This document shows, in pieces, positions 13,418-27,540 of a stretch of DNA of 51,424 bases. This DNA is from Paraglomus brasilianum. Lineage: Eukaryota. The translations under genes and the position numbers were made by a program. The stretch spans positions 1 through 51,424 of the forward strand of contig CAJVPI010000122.1 in the NCBI GenBank assembly GCA_910592345.1, given 5' to 3'. Each line of letters begins with the position of its first letter. Within the stretch, counting starts at the first letter, position 1. Below the pieces are notes generated by a model. That model worked only from the letters and a program-made list of their open reading frames with translations, had not been told where the DNA came from and searched no databases.

Positions 13418-14028
13418 GCTTGTTGCTCTATTTGTGTCTTGGTAGCGCCTGAATGTTCTGGGCAGAAGAGTAAGAAAACTAGGGAGAGACAGAAAAGAGG
13501 GAAAGAAAGTTTGAAGGAAAAAAAGCTATTAGATAAATATGAATATTTAAAGCCTCGAGAAACTCAAACTAAAAGTCCTTGGGCATGATTGGGGCAAAGG
13601 ACAAAATACCTGGAAAAGAGTTATTACCGGCAATTAGCAATTCTGGATCTGATACAATTATAGTAAATACTATCACACGGAATTATTAATAGAATTATAG
13701 TGTGCAACTGATAACGGTAATGATGCTGTAACAGTACAAACAATACACAGCAATATATCAAAAAGTGGTGACACCAACGACTGTACTGAATGTCCGATAG
13801 TGCGGATAAGCAACTTGTTCCATAGTAATTAATAGCAATCATTATCATTCATTTCTCATCAAAAGACTTGGTGCGTGCAAGCATTTATTAGGATATTATG
13901 ATATTAATGAATACAGGATATATAACAAAATAAATGTCCCTCGATAAGTTCTTTTTTTTCCCTGGTTGGTTTTACAATGGCAATAATACGAAATACAAAA
14001 AAGCAGAGCTGCAAGGGCGTTGTGTAAA

Positions 14029-14397
14029 TCACTTCTTTTCTTGGTTGTTCTTTGGATTTTCGGGACTGTTGATCGATGAATGAGATTAGTAAATTATGCA
14101 TTTCCCCAATCTAAGCTATCACAAGTGACTGATCCCTTGACTTACGAGTTCTTCCAACGCTCTGCCACCAACTTGAATGCTGTTTTATGATCCAAGTCTG
14201 GATTATCAGCTTTGACTTTGGGAAGTTCGCTTTTTACGTATTTGTTATAAGGCGAGAGTTTCTTGGTGGCTAGGATACAAAGCAAAGCAAAACAAAACAG
14301 TCAGTAACGTAAAAGAAGATATTGCATATTGATTTGAGATATAAAGCCGAGTTAATGACGTACTAGCACTCTTGCGGGTAGTCTTTTCTCTGGCCAT
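14029..14397 (-). CDS. Small (64 aa) YABBY/HMG-box-like DNA-binding protein; exons 14397-14364, 14269-14146, 14065-14029
   Basis: Spliced product MAREKTTRKSATTKKLSPYNKYVKSELPKVKADNPDLDHKTAFKLVAERWKNSPENPKNNQEKK matches the S.YN.F.K.E..R.KA.NP...H.EAF...A..W YABBY/HMG-like pattern. Canonical GT-AG introns. Absent from the ORF track. Confidence 0.88.
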
Positions 14398-14510
14398 TTC
14401 GATTATGAGTTAGTAATTTATGTGTCTTTCGTATGATCGGTGTGATAACAGTCGTTCTCGACGTTGATGCTCGCCTGTGTGGTGGGGTTAGCTATGCTCC
14501 TCCAGATGCT

Positions 14511-14561
14511 CTTTATATAATAACTGACGCGATAGACATGACGCGACACAAACATCGCGTC
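14511..14561 (-). promoter_or_regulatory. Candidate TATA box plus three ACGCG (MCB-like) motifs upstream of the YABBY/HMG-like gene
   Basis: TTATATAAAG on the minus strand at 14511-14520; GACGCGA at 14526 and 14540 and its reverse complement TCGCGTC at 14555. Confidence 0.4.
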
Positions 14562-15057
14562 TTGTTGATAGAAGGTGTCTGTTTGTGGATTATGTCTCGT
14601 GTATGATTATACATGCGATGTAACACGATGTACTGTTGTGTCGCTTTCGTTCTTGTTGTTGTTGTTTGTTGTTGTTATTGTTGTTACTAGAACGTTTCGA
14701 GGCGCGTGACAGTCACTCGTGCACACATGCGCAGTTGGTAGTCATTCGTTCTACGTCATGCTCGCAGTATGTCTTGGGTATTGCTTAATATCTACCTTTA
14801 CGGGTATAACGGTAAATAACCTCAATTGAGAAGAAGCCATAAGAAACCCGTTACATAACAAAGAGAGATAGGAATAAATTGTTAATCGTTTTGTTGAGTA
14901 TTTATAACTGATACTATACTAGAGGATACAATAGCATTGTTATAATGTCAATAGTATTGTTATAATGTTCGTTCTTACGAGTCGGATGCAGATCATCCAA
15001 TCATACTACACATCGTCACATAGTAAAAAAAATTTTCTTTTTTGTCGACCAATCTGC

Positions 15058-18000
15058 ATGTCTTCAGACGCAAGGAAAATTGCAGCACGGACACCTGTCA
15101 CCATCAATCATTCATGGTTAGATCGCATCACAGAGTATGTGGAAAACCATCCCACCACTCGACTACACCCGAGTATCGAAATAATTCGCACTTTTATCAA
15201 CGACATTGAAGCTACTTGGGAGAAACAGTGTGGATATTTAAAGAAAATTGGTAAAACTATAAATCATAATAAAATGTTTGAATTGACATTCGGATAGCAT
15301 TCCTTCTCACATCTGTAATCTTTATCAGAGAAATCTCTCCCATCTATCAAACATCAAAGCAAAAGTAAAAGTACGAATAACAATAGCAATAGCAATAGCA
15401 ATATATCGGATCAATTGCATGTCGATCTCACTCCAGGACACAAAGAGCAACTCGTTATCGTAGAAAATGTAATCTCTAAAATATACTTCACAACCACCGA
15501 AACACTGATCAAACGGCACTGTATTCCAATATTGGATGCATGTTATCGCATTGTGCTTGACTCAAACACTCACAGTCATCTAACATTCGCTCAGCAGTAT
15601 GATAAATACATTACTCATACACAGTATACTAATCACTGCGTATGGCAGAAGGCGTTTTCAATATACTTGACACTAGACTTTTCAATTGGATTTGATACAA
15701 TTCGATCAGCCATTTGGGAAACTATCCACTTTCTCACCGATTGTTTGACTACGTCAGTCGAACAGGCGCAGAACATTAACGCACGTAATATGGAAGACAG
15801 CATAAGAGATAGTGCGTCGTCCTCATTGGAATTGGCATTGTTGATGGATGATGTACAGTATGTTATCAAGACGTTGTTGGCTCTCCTTTCAAAGTATGAA
15901 GACAAGATACGACCATCGTTTGAAGTGCTTGAGAGACATGCTGAACAAGGCGGAGGCGATGATGATTATATTGACAATCACTGCAATGATAATAAACTAC
16001 CAAACACTAAAGGGATACTGACACTGACACGCAATTTAATGAACGCATGCTTAGAAATATGTGCCAATGATATCTACATCAAAGACGTAAGTCAATTGGC
16101 AGGAATGACCTTTGCTGCATGTTTCCAATTGGCAGGAACAGCTTCTTTTATAAGCACGCAAATATTTCTGACATTCTTTATCTATAACCGTTCTGCCAAT
16201 ACTATTGCTTCGCTGTTGGTAACCAGATTGCAAGTTAACGTACCAGAATGTCTACAGTCCGACAGCGGTTGGACAAACAACAACACACCAATGCTATTCA
16301 TCTGCCGTGGATTGTTATCTAATATAGGATATGATGTATTGACAGCGCATTTAGTAAATGCTTCGAATACCGATGTTAGAGTGCTAAGGGCAGATGTCGA
16401 GAATCATGTACCAAAGTCGCTTTATCATTTGCTATTTATAAGCGTCGCTTACTTCTGTGAAGCCCAAATATCACCACAAGTTAAACTGATTGCATTCGAA
16501 ACTATGGGGCTATGGTTGACTGAGACACAAAATATATTTCAAAGTCAAGAGAATACAAAAGAGAAAATAACTATCAACTCAAACGTAGCTAATACAAAGG
16601 GTGCTGGAACCCTCAAAACGACATCCGATCCTGTTCACGGCTGTTTCGTCTCTCTGACTGCTGAATCCATCGAATCTCTATTAACACCTACAATTATCTC
16701 TGTATTAATTTCTTACGTCTACAACTACTGGGATGATCCTATCAACGCCATCCAACACAAAGTAAAATTTATCTTCCACAGTCTTCTCGATGTCCTCCAA
16801 CTGAAGGCCACGCTTTGCTCCACATTATCCGAACATGCTTTATTTCTCCAACATCTGATGAAGCAACTCCTCGAATTCGATAAATATCGCAAGGTCAAGT
16901 ATTCACTCATGTCGATGTTGATTCCGAGAGTAGGAGCGGATGTTGTATTAGAAATGAGGAAAGATGTAATACATGAATGTATCGAAGTAATGGACAATTT
17001 AGTTATTGCGTCGAAGGCCTGCGAGGCTGTGAAGGTCTTGTTGGACGCGAAAATGAAGGAGGTTACGGACCAGCGTAACGCCGGGAACAAGGTTGTCAAG
17101 TATAGTCATGATTTGATACAATGCATATATTATATGGATCAACGTTCTGTTATTTTAACTGACTTTTTATTCTAAAGAACACTACTGCCGATCGATGGGT
17201 TGATCTGTGGTTGGAGCCAGTATGTCGTGCACTTTCGTCAGATAATGTCAATCTTCGCAAGAATATTGATAATCTCCTTCTACCTCACTTATTAAAAGCA
17301 ACACCTGAAGCGTTTTGGACACTAATTTCAGTATTTCAGTCTGACTCCAACAAAGGCTTTGTCACTAAAGACGAGTATCGACTCCACGCTCTAATTACTA
17401 CCATCAAAGTAGGCCGCTCGCTTGACCTCATTGACGGAGAATCGCTTGTTAATGGCTCTTCCGTTGATAAAAAGAACAATCGTTTGATTCATACACAATT
17501 CTTATATGATTCTATGTATCATCCTGACAAAATGTTACGTGTTGATGCGTTGGGTCTATTATGTGAATCGCACAAACGAACCAGCAGCATCAATTCTATC
17601 GAGATATCTCTATTAAAAGAGTTCATTTCTCTCAATTTGAATTCGACTTTACCAGAATTCAGGCAACGATTATTAGCGCATTTTACTAAACTATTTAGTC
17701 GATTGCACGGCAATCTATATGGTCAATGGAAAGAATACTTGGGGAAGAAGAAGGCGTACGGAGATGTAGAGGCGGTAATAAAGATCAAACGACGAGTGGA
17801 TGAAATAGAACATTTTCTGAGATGGCTTATTCATTTATTGGTCCAACAACTTTACCCCGGAGCGTCGTACCAACGGGTATCCACATCACTAAAATTACTT
17901 CATCTTCTTATTAAATCTTTCGGGGTAGATTCGACGCCACCACCTACAGGATACACTATTAAGCATGGAAAATTACCCGAGTTTCCCTTTCGACTTCCAT

Positions 18001-21000
18001 TTACCACTCCGCAATTAAGCCTGACCTTGTTTAATCTGTTGATGAATTCATATGTTCCAAATAGACAAGAAGCATATGACGCGTTGCGTACTTTTCCGGC
18101 ACCATTACCGGGCATTGAGAGTAAAGAGCAAGCACAGGGTGTGCTGAATTGGGCATTCATAAAGTTGAAAAGTGGACGCGCAGCAGAGAGTGATAGTGGC
18201 GCTATGGTGTTTCGTATTGTGTTTGTTAAGTATGTGGTCGAGTTGGGATTTGAACTGGAGGTCGACAATGAGATGTCTGGAGCTGGGACTGTAAAGCTGA
18301 CTGGAGTACCGAGCGGTTAGTAGGAGATAAGTAAGAAGGATATAGAATTAGTAAAGTAAATTAACGGATAATATTATGTACATTATAGTTGCATCACATC
18401 CACAAGCTTTCCCTCATTTACATTCTAGTTATACTAAAGTCTATTAATTTTTTTCAGTCGATTTTACAAATAAGCTCTTGGACGTTCTTCACCGTCAGAT
18501 TACTTTTGCATCCGGTAACCTTCTTGTCGCATCAAGGAAACATCCAATTCAAGGAACTCTTCTTGCTCTCCAATACATATTCCAAGAGCTCTCATACTCT
18601 TCACCAATCATCAAGTCTTATATCAGCTACTGGCGCCAAATACATAAATTCGCGCTGAAGCTAATCAAAGATGTCTGTGATGTTGTAATAGACGTTCTCT
18701 CAGCTGCCGCTCCCGAAGGGAATTTACTTATGGAAGACGATGAGGTTGACATCGACGTGAGAGTGGTAACCGATGAAGACGAGAATGATCAAGATGACAG
18801 TCCTAAGCATCAGGTTCTTTTAAGCTATTGTTGGAGGGCTGTTAAAGAGGCAAGGTGATTGAATCGTTTGACTCGCCAAGTTTAGTCTATTGTATTGGTG
18901 GAACCAACCAAATGTCTATCGACAGTTCATTACTAGGCATCATTCTGTCGCGTACTCCTACTACAGTGAATGGCATCAGTGATGAAGTATGTATAAATTA
19001 TTCAACCGCTACATGCATGGCGTTGATTAATGCTTTGTTCTAATCATATTTATTGACTGACTGCAGTTTTCAATAATTACCTATGAAGATTTCATCTCCT
19101 CTGGAAATTTAATTCGTAATTTGTTGACTAGTATTCGACATCGTGGTGCATTTTCGTCCATATATCCTGGATACGCAGCATCATGTTCGAGATTGCTCAA
19201 TTCGGGTGATAAATCTTTGATAGACATTGCAAGAGGATGGGTTGAGGTAAAAGAACAACAATAAGGAATGCAATGCGATTACCATGTTGTATTAGTTATC
19301 TTCTTATAATAATATAATCTTTTTGTAGGCTGACATAGGCACTATCCACAGCAGCAAAGTGTCTATTACACGTAGAAGCGGCGGGCTTCCTCTCTGTATT
19401 TTGGCAGTCGCGTCTAACGAACCATCCAACCATCGCATAATCCTTCCATGGACGATGAAAACACTTCTCAGCATAGCGATGATACCACATTATCCAACAA
19501 CTGATGAAGCGCTCGACCTTCCTCAGGTTCACGCATTCAACTCCATGCGTACCATTTTTATGGATTCTAGACTGGCAACCGAAGTGCTAACGTTCGTAGC
19601 AGATGGAATAATGTTGAGTATTAGGGGATTCGCGTCGCATAGTTGGGCAATACGTAATTGCTCCGTCATGTTATTCTCAGCGTTGGTTCAGCGAGTGTTT
19701 GGGACAAAAAAAGTGAAGGAAGAACATCATTCTGTCAATAAACTTACGGGCAGGGAGTTTTTCTCGAGATTCCCCAAGTTACACCCATTTCTGATGAATG
19801 AATTAAGAATAGCCGTTGAACAGTTGGTTGAAGTATGTGTATCACCGGTGAGGGTTTGACGTTACTGTGCATTATTGTAAAGATGATGATAATTATGTCA
19901 ATTTTGCCACAGGATGACAAGAAAACGAGTCATATTCATCCCGGGTTATATCCAGTGTTGACACTCTTATCGAGGCTTTATCCAAGTTTGATGGAGAATG
20001 CTCACTCAGTATTAAGCTTGTCAACATTTGTTCCACTTGTTATCGAGTGCTGCAAGTCTCGCATTCAAAAGGTATTCATTATTACGACTTATCGTATCCA
20101 GGCAGTAGTAATCATTCTCCTACTTGTATTATTTCATTATATTCACTTTTGGCATCCATTCTTTAGACACGAGAGATGGCTGCACGTGCCTTGACCCCGC
20201 TTATATCATCTGACAATCTACTTCAGACATGTTTTGATATACTCTATTCGTGCAATCTGTCCAATCAGAACGCACTTCATGGACGGTTAGCTCAGGTTCA
20301 GCAACTGTTTCGGGGTCATCTGAAAACCGGAGTAGCATCTTATAAGACTGCAAAATGTAGGTAAATTAAAATTGTATGACGTGATCATTGAATGCATGAA
20401 ATACTAACCATTGATTTGGATATAGTATTTCTTACCGAGATTCCACACGTATTTGTTGATAAACTCCATATTGTAACCCGCGATAATAAATGTGCTGTGA
20501 CGAGACATTTGTTTCTGGAAATAATATATGAGTTTGTGTTTGATAACAGTTGGATTACTTTTGGAATCATCGAGTGTCATAGAAAAGGTGATTAATAAAA
20601 AGGAGTCATCGTAACTATACGAATTGCGCGTACTATTTAACAATCACTAATTATAACATTATATTTGTTGTAGAATATATCATGCTTATGGACGAAAAGT
20701 TTTCGAATCTTCGCAGCATAGTGTTCGATCTATGTCGATCGGAAATCTCTCCCGATTGTCATAACGTTGCGTCCATTTCATATCATTTAGTGAGAGAGAC
20801 TATGGCGAAAATCATTGTCAACTATATTCTCTCTCACGAGACATTTACTGCTGATAATTGTAACACGATCGTCGAATTGTTAGCAGATAAAGATTATGAC
20901 GTACGTGGATGCGTCCTGAATCAGTTGATTCAAAGGATCAAAACTGTGAATCAGTAAGTTTTTCGCTTGATGACATTGTTGTATTAGTACGCACGCACAT

Positions 21001-22672
21001 CTGACATTCGTTAATCTCTACCATAGATTCAATTATACTACTTTACAAAAGAAACTCGTTAGAATGATTTGTGACGGAGAACCATCTATGGACTGCCTTC
21101 AACGTACAGTTGAGCTGCTTATTCTGCTTGACCCAGAACATCCTATTCCGCCGGCCAGCAGCGAAAGTGATATTGGGATACACGATTTTTGGAGAACTAT
21201 AATAGAATCTTACTTAGAGCGTATGAACAGCCTATTAGTGACAGAATCAATGTTACCTCTATTGGGTGCGGTTCTGTCTCAAGCATGGTTGCAAGAATCA
21301 TCAATAGAGATGAAAAGCCAATGCTTTACGAAATGGGTTGAATATGCAGACAAATACAGTCAAGCAGATATAGTATGTAATCTTTAATTACAAGTGAGTC
21401 CCAAAACTACGACCACAACCTTGATGTACATTTACTAATGACGTTTATCGTTTTGATTAGAACTTGCGCTTGCGTGAATCAACAATGCAATCGCTCTACT
21501 TTTTTTCTCCATTTCTGTTTAAGGGCAGGAAGACGTATGATGAGAGAATCACCCAACATGTGATGATGCTATATGTAATAATTATTCGATTTGTGCAAGT
21601 AAGTAGGATTACGGATTGCCAGATATGATAGATACGCCAAACACTCAATTATCAAAATCTGATGCACCCTCATTTAGGATGACGATATAAGCATCAGGGA
21701 AAGTGCGGCAATGTTAATATCGAAGTCGATGGAATTGAAGGTAGATATTTTTTATGTCATTATGTTGTTTGCTTATTCGTCCATATTTGCTCAACACTAT
21801 AAATCTCAAGGTCCCCGTAAATTACGAAAAAGCGCGCGAGATGTGTTACGAGTACTTGACAAAGCAATATTCAAGGTCACTATACTTTTACGCCTCATTA
21901 TTGAAAATACTCACCGCTGAACACAAGCCAGGTATCATTTTTGTAAATCTGCGAAATTATTGTCATGACACATAAGCTGTTTGTTGATTGTTGTTGATTT
22001 ATTATATTATAGATGCTATATTAACAAATGCAATGAGTCCTCAACGTACGTTATTTGCGGTCGAGAATCCAAATATCTTTAAAGAAGACCTAATTGATGT
22101 CCAGCTATCATTCAGATGTCTTTGCGATGCAACGGCAGATGCTGACATACTGCAAATTCCAGACGTAATTTGCAACGATATACCTCTATTTGCTGTAGGG
22201 CAATTTAAAAGTGCTATAAACATATTGAAGAATGCCGTAAGTAATATCTATTGTCTTGTCAGAGAACATTAATTGTCAAGGCTATTTCTAAAATTCATTC
22301 AGAACAATCAAGGACCACTGGGACTGACTTCAAGATCAGACGTCTTCCTTGTGACTTATAGAACTATTCTCATGGTTATACTTGGATTGCGTATAGCAAA
22401 TAAGAAGCGAAATGAAATTGAGAGGGGTATGTATACAATTCATTGACCACTCGGTTGTAGCGTGAATTCAATTCTAATGCATTTCTACTTTTATTCATGG
22501 GACAGGATACAATGATATCATCGATCATGTCCAGCAGAATATCCAAATATTACATCCTTTACTGTACGAGTTGCTGATAAACAGTGTCTATAAAGACAAA
22601 CATGGGAACGTACCGTTATTTCTTACGTCTAGCATCACTCAGAGTAGCATTCAGACAGACATGAAAGTTTAG
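15058..22672 (+). CDS. THADA: THADA / Trm732 homolog (ARM-repeat regulator of tRNA position-32 2'-O-methylation, DUF2428), multi-exon
   Basis: ATG at 15058; GT-AG introns join the ORF-track pieces in frame to TAG at 22670-22672. Motifs include LYPGASYQR, AAPEGN, LSYCWRAVKEAS, IRHRGAF, TRRSGGLP, VHAFN.MR.IF.D, WAIRNCSVMLFSALVQRVFG, REFFSRFP.L, LYPVLTLLSRL and REMAARAL. Confidence 0.92.
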
Positions 22673-23017
22673 ATTATTCAATCTCACAACTGTACAATTT
22701 TATTTATTAATGCTATAAATATAGAGTTGATATCGATTGGGAAAATACGATATTAGATGAATGGTACAATAATTACATAAATAATATTATAAGGAGAGCG
22801 TGGCCACTGCAATTGGGTATTGTAATAGAGATATATATACTATAAGCGCATTGATAGACTGTCCAAAATCCTGAGAATTAGCTCATTATATAAATAATAA
22901 TTCCACCCCTACGGATTACCAATAACCTGATCTTTACATAATTATTTCTCCGACGCATAACTCTGTTAATCGCGCCCAACACATTCATGGTAAATGTCAT
23001 CCTGTCTTATTCCCTGT

Positions 23018-24878
23018 TTAATAATCTTCATCTTCGTAACCCTCTTCATCAATCACATCCATTATTTGGTCCAATTCCGCTACTGCTTCTACGCTTGCAC
23101 GATGATTGCTCAAGTATAGATCCTTCAGCGTACCTCCTAATTCCTCCCCAATCATATGTAAGAACGTATCATTTACAATAGGTATGTTATGAAGATAGAG
23201 CGTCTGCAGCTTATTACATCCTCTTAGTATCTCTGAAAACGCTCCTTCACTGAAAAGAAAACATGATATATCAAGGCTAGTTATGTTAGGACAGTAACAA
23301 CCAATTGCTGTAACTAGATCGGACGATTCTCTGGATGCCATAGCATTGGAACCAATTTCCAACCTATGCAGTTGATGTCCGATCAACCTCAACATGTAGA
23401 TTAAAGCATCAGCTTCAATTGGAAGAATGTTACGCTCAAACTCGGCCAAGTTCTTCGCATGATCACCCAATGCTCTAATACCGGCAGACATGTCGAGCAA
23501 CTGCTGTGTCAATAATTCGTCGTCCTCGCCAACATAATAATTAGCTCGCTTTATGTGAACCTTGCGTAGAGTCAATTTAGACATTTCTGCTATCGTCGCA
23601 ATTACGGCAGCTGGAATATTTGTACCCGAGAAATCGACATTATGGAATTCACAATTTCTAGCAACCGGCATCATCGAAATGGATGAATTGGTCGTGAAAT
23701 CGCTTGCGTTTCTGATATATAACGATCTGAGTTGCTTGCATGCGGCTATTCCGATGAATGGTTTAGAGCACGAACTCATTCTACAGGCAATTATCCTCAA
23801 CTTTACCAACGAAGCAGCTTGAGATCCGATTGCTTCTTCCAGAGTCGATTTGATATCACCGGCAAGTCTTATTTTTAGCTTTATCAATCTCTTTTGTGAG
23901 CTGATAAAATTGGCCAATGCCTCATCGCTACATCTGGTAGCACGTATTTTAAATGTCTCGAGTTGATTACAATTCGCAGCAAGAACTCTTAAGTCTTCAT
24001 CGGTACATTCGAAATAACCCAGGTTGAGATATCTCAAATCGACACCACGAGCGTGGAGGGAAGTTGCCATAAACGCCAGCTGTCCAGGTCTTTGAGGATA
24101 TGATGATTTCTCGGCTGATTCTTCGAAAGTGCATGCTTTGATTTGTGCTTTTTGCACAAAGGCCTGGAACAATTCATTGAACTTGCGGTACAAGAACTCT
24201 TGTGAATTATCCATGTTCGGAGTGTGACGATTCCAGACTTCTACACATTTATACAGAGCAGGTACGTGGAGGTTTTTTACCATTGATACATAATCCCAGA
24301 GAGGAATTTCGAACTTGCTAGTAGTTACAAGGTAGGTGTCAGGACGAGAACGTCTGGTTGGACGATCGATAGCAATCGTGGTGGAATTATTTGTTTCGTA
24401 GCTTTGTAGACATTTGTTAAATGTATCTATTAATTGTTTAGCACGTACTGGCTGATTAACAAACTGATGTTGCCATCTTGTCCAGGGGTCTTTATACAGG
24501 TGTTCCACAGCAAGAGCGCTCCACTGTTTTTATATCAAGATGAAATTTTAAGAATTGGAGGTTACATACTACTGCTACAATAATTGAATGTAAATAGTAT
24601 AATCCACACTAAAGAGTAAAATGTTCATTATCTACGTTTGAAATCATTCATTGCACACATACTTCTTCTTTTTTGGAGACACCCACCCGAATATCTAATT
24701 CATTTTCATTTCACTTTTGCCTATATTCACTCTTGCTGATTTAAACAACGCGAGTATGAGATCCCTTACTAACCTGCCTGTTCAGCATTAGGAATTGACG
24801 TAACAAACACAAAGCATCATCTCTCTCAACAAACAGTGATAGCATATGTCGACGTACGTCAATATTAAGAATATCCAT
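23018..24878 (-). CDS. F-box / RNI-like leucine-rich-repeat protein (536 aa); exons 24878-24774 and 24523-23018
   Basis: Exon 1 MDILNIDVRRHMLSLF...LMLNRQ splices to WSALAVEHLYKDPW (F-box-like N-terminus). It is followed by Cys-containing LRRs (LRYLNLGYFECTDEDL..LAANCNQLETF, YCPNITSLDIS, GCNKLQTLYL). Confidence 0.85.
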
Positions 24879-26146
24879 AGTGATATCAATCGAAGAGTGG
24901 AAAGGTTGAAACTGACGACAGGTGAAATTTTGGCCGAGTTACACACTCATCAAGATTCATAGCGTACACAGTAACAGTAACACTAATATTAAGATATGAG
25001 TGGATGATAGCGGTTCGGAAGGGTCGGAAAGTTTTCTTTAATTGTCTATACAACTGTTACACAAGGTTTGGTGCTAACGCCAACAGGCAACTGAAATACA
25101 GTGCGTTATTTAGTATTTGCCTCCATTTGTAGCACAAATACAATGGCTATTAACGTAAAACATTGATAAAGTTTTGGTCAAGATCTGGAATACGAGAAGT
25201 TCTATTCAAAAATTAGCATCCATCAAACAGAATAAATCTAAAGCTGCTAAGAAAATATGTAAGCTGCAGAAAGGATGAAGAGCGATATGATTCAAAATCG
25301 GCAGAGTAGGATAAACAACACATTCGACTAAATGACCAGATAGAAGTTGGAGGATAGGGGAGGTACAAATTACTCTCGGGTCACACTGTTAGTAAATTGC
25401 AACTGGCCGAGAGGTAAACACTAAGGGTTGTAATGTATTTTTCCGCGCTTTGCGATCAACGTAAGGTTGATGAAATTGTGCAATAGAGGTCCATGTGATA
25501 AAAGATATTGCTTGAAATAACACACGAGACTACGTTAAATATAACAAATTTATGTCTTTGTCCTTGCCAAGATTTTATTTCCGACGTTTAATTTTAGGGA
25601 CACTACGAAAAACGGATAGATTTAGATAAATGACATGGGAGTACGCTATATTATTTCTTGCCTGCATGTTCCTTTTATTTACCTTCAAACCAAGGCAAAC
25701 GGACCACTATTCTCTTCGCCAGGAGACTGTACTCACATTCTTTATAGTAACAATACAATTCTTTTTGCTTAATTTTTATTTGTGTTGTACTTTACTAGCT
25801 CTTGTTAAAAAGAAAATTTGAGCATCATTAAATTGTTATTTCAAATTATTGAAATGATATCATAGTAAAAGACAATAGCATCTAGGTAAAAGCCTCTAAC
25901 TTGAGGCTTTTTTCCTCTCAAATTTTTACAATTACTGTTGTATCCAACCCGACTCTGCTATGGTCATGTATTAGTGCGTCAGACTGTAAGCAAATTGTGC
26001 TATTTAATAAAAGTTCCAATATTTACGTAAACAAACGACAAAAAAATTTCTCTCCACTTCCTGATTGCCATCTGTCCTGTGTTGCAATTGCCGATGCTAT
26101 GGTATCGTAATAAATATGTAGCCGTCCGTTTCGAAAGATTTCACAT

Positions 26147-27540
26147 CACTTAACTCGTTCCACTATGAAAATCAAAAACCGTCAAGGTTTGTCATAATAA
26201 TTTATGAGTCAAAAGAACGCCAGTGCGCAGATGTCGTACCGCTCTGCAGGGTATGGTTAAAGTACGTGCGGCAATAGTTGTGTTTGACAAGCGCTGCAAC
26301 CAATCGTTCCAAATTTTCAAAATGCACGTTTTTATCTATCTGGCCATGGACAATGAGCAACCGGTTCTCACCATGCACCTTGGCTTTTCGAGAACTAATC
26401 TAAAACTTCTCACGCTTTTCATCCATGACAACAACGTGAACTATACAATTCTGTTAGACATACTATAGCTGTCGAATCTGCTGATAGTGAAAAACTAGCA
26501 ACATACAAGTGCGTTTCAAGAAATGTGCCCTTCTTGGCAATGAAGTAGCTTCGATGTGATGTGTTCCATTAATTGTGCCCATATTGCTGTAAATTTTATA
26601 TATAAATTGCTACACCAATAAATAGTAGAATAAGTGTTAATATATGTATTATTTGCAATGTGCACTTTATTACAATGGGTATTATATTATATTCCTCGAC
26701 CAATTACAAACCTTTTCCCATCGGGCATCATCCAAATCTGATAATATACTTTTCCCCATAAAGTTTATGCACGGGAGCAAATGACGCTACCTTTACCTTT
26801 AATAAGTTTAGTCTTTAAAAAAGCAGAAAGAATTAGTCAATCTGAAAATACACGTTCACATAACCAAAACTTAAAGGTAATATTTACCTCGCTATCACCA
26901 TTATCATAACCGAAGTATGAATTCCACCAGATGCAAGTCACTTACAGCATAAGTCACTTACAGCATTATTTATGTCTTGAAAAAAATATATGGGAGAAGA
27001 CATGCAATTGCGTGGATCGATAAGATATCATTAAACAATAAGTTTCCTTTGCCCTTATTTTCTTTATCTCCATCTCTCTTGCACGTCCCATTTTTGGGAT
27101 ACCTCTTGTTTTTACACCATCTGCTAAATTTATCCTATGCTTTTCTTTCTATCGCCTTCTCTCCCCCCCCCTACTCGAACATTATAAAAAGAAATACAAA
27201 ACGTGAAATTTTCAAGTGATGACTTTCGAATTGTTTCCAATGGCACTCGTTGGATAACGTTGTTTCCACTTCTCCATGCTTGTTTACTGATGGCGGTGCC
27301 CAATAGTAGCCGGTGAAATTCTTCCCTTGATGTAAGCAAAGAGATTGAGTAGGTAATGGTTAGATTAAAATAATAAATAACCAAGAGAACGAATGGAGCC
27401 AATCTATCGGTCTATTCTTTTTAATATACCTACATGACATACTTGGTAATCTCACAACTTAATGCTTTTCTTCCTGCATCTTGATGCTCACTACAGAAAG
27501 TCTGCCTTATTTATACCCTTTCATTGTACATAATACAGTT
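26147..27540 (-). pseudogene. Dipeptidyl peptidase 8/9-like (peptidase S9B) pseudogene, internally deleted
   Basis: Ordered remnants RQTFC..DAGRKALSC..YVM/EEF-TGYYWAPP, NNAVSDLHLVEF, KYIIRFG*MPDGK, YFIAKKGTFLETHLYVAS, NRLLIVHGQIDKNVHF and PYPAERY match DPP8/9 motifs (QEEFDRFTGYWW, YF.GTKDTPLEHHLY, HGFLDENVH, YPNERH). Stops and frameshifts throughout; no GWSYGG segment found. Confidence 0.8.

Noticed and set aside
21931..22012. THADA intron starting GTATCATTTT as a possible U12 intron
   Set aside because: Does not match the U12 donor consensus GTATCCTT, and no TCCTTAAC branch site was seen.
15325..23822. Several antisense ORFs within THADA and the F-box gene
   Set aside because: Opposite-strand shadows of well-supported coding exons with no motifs of their own.
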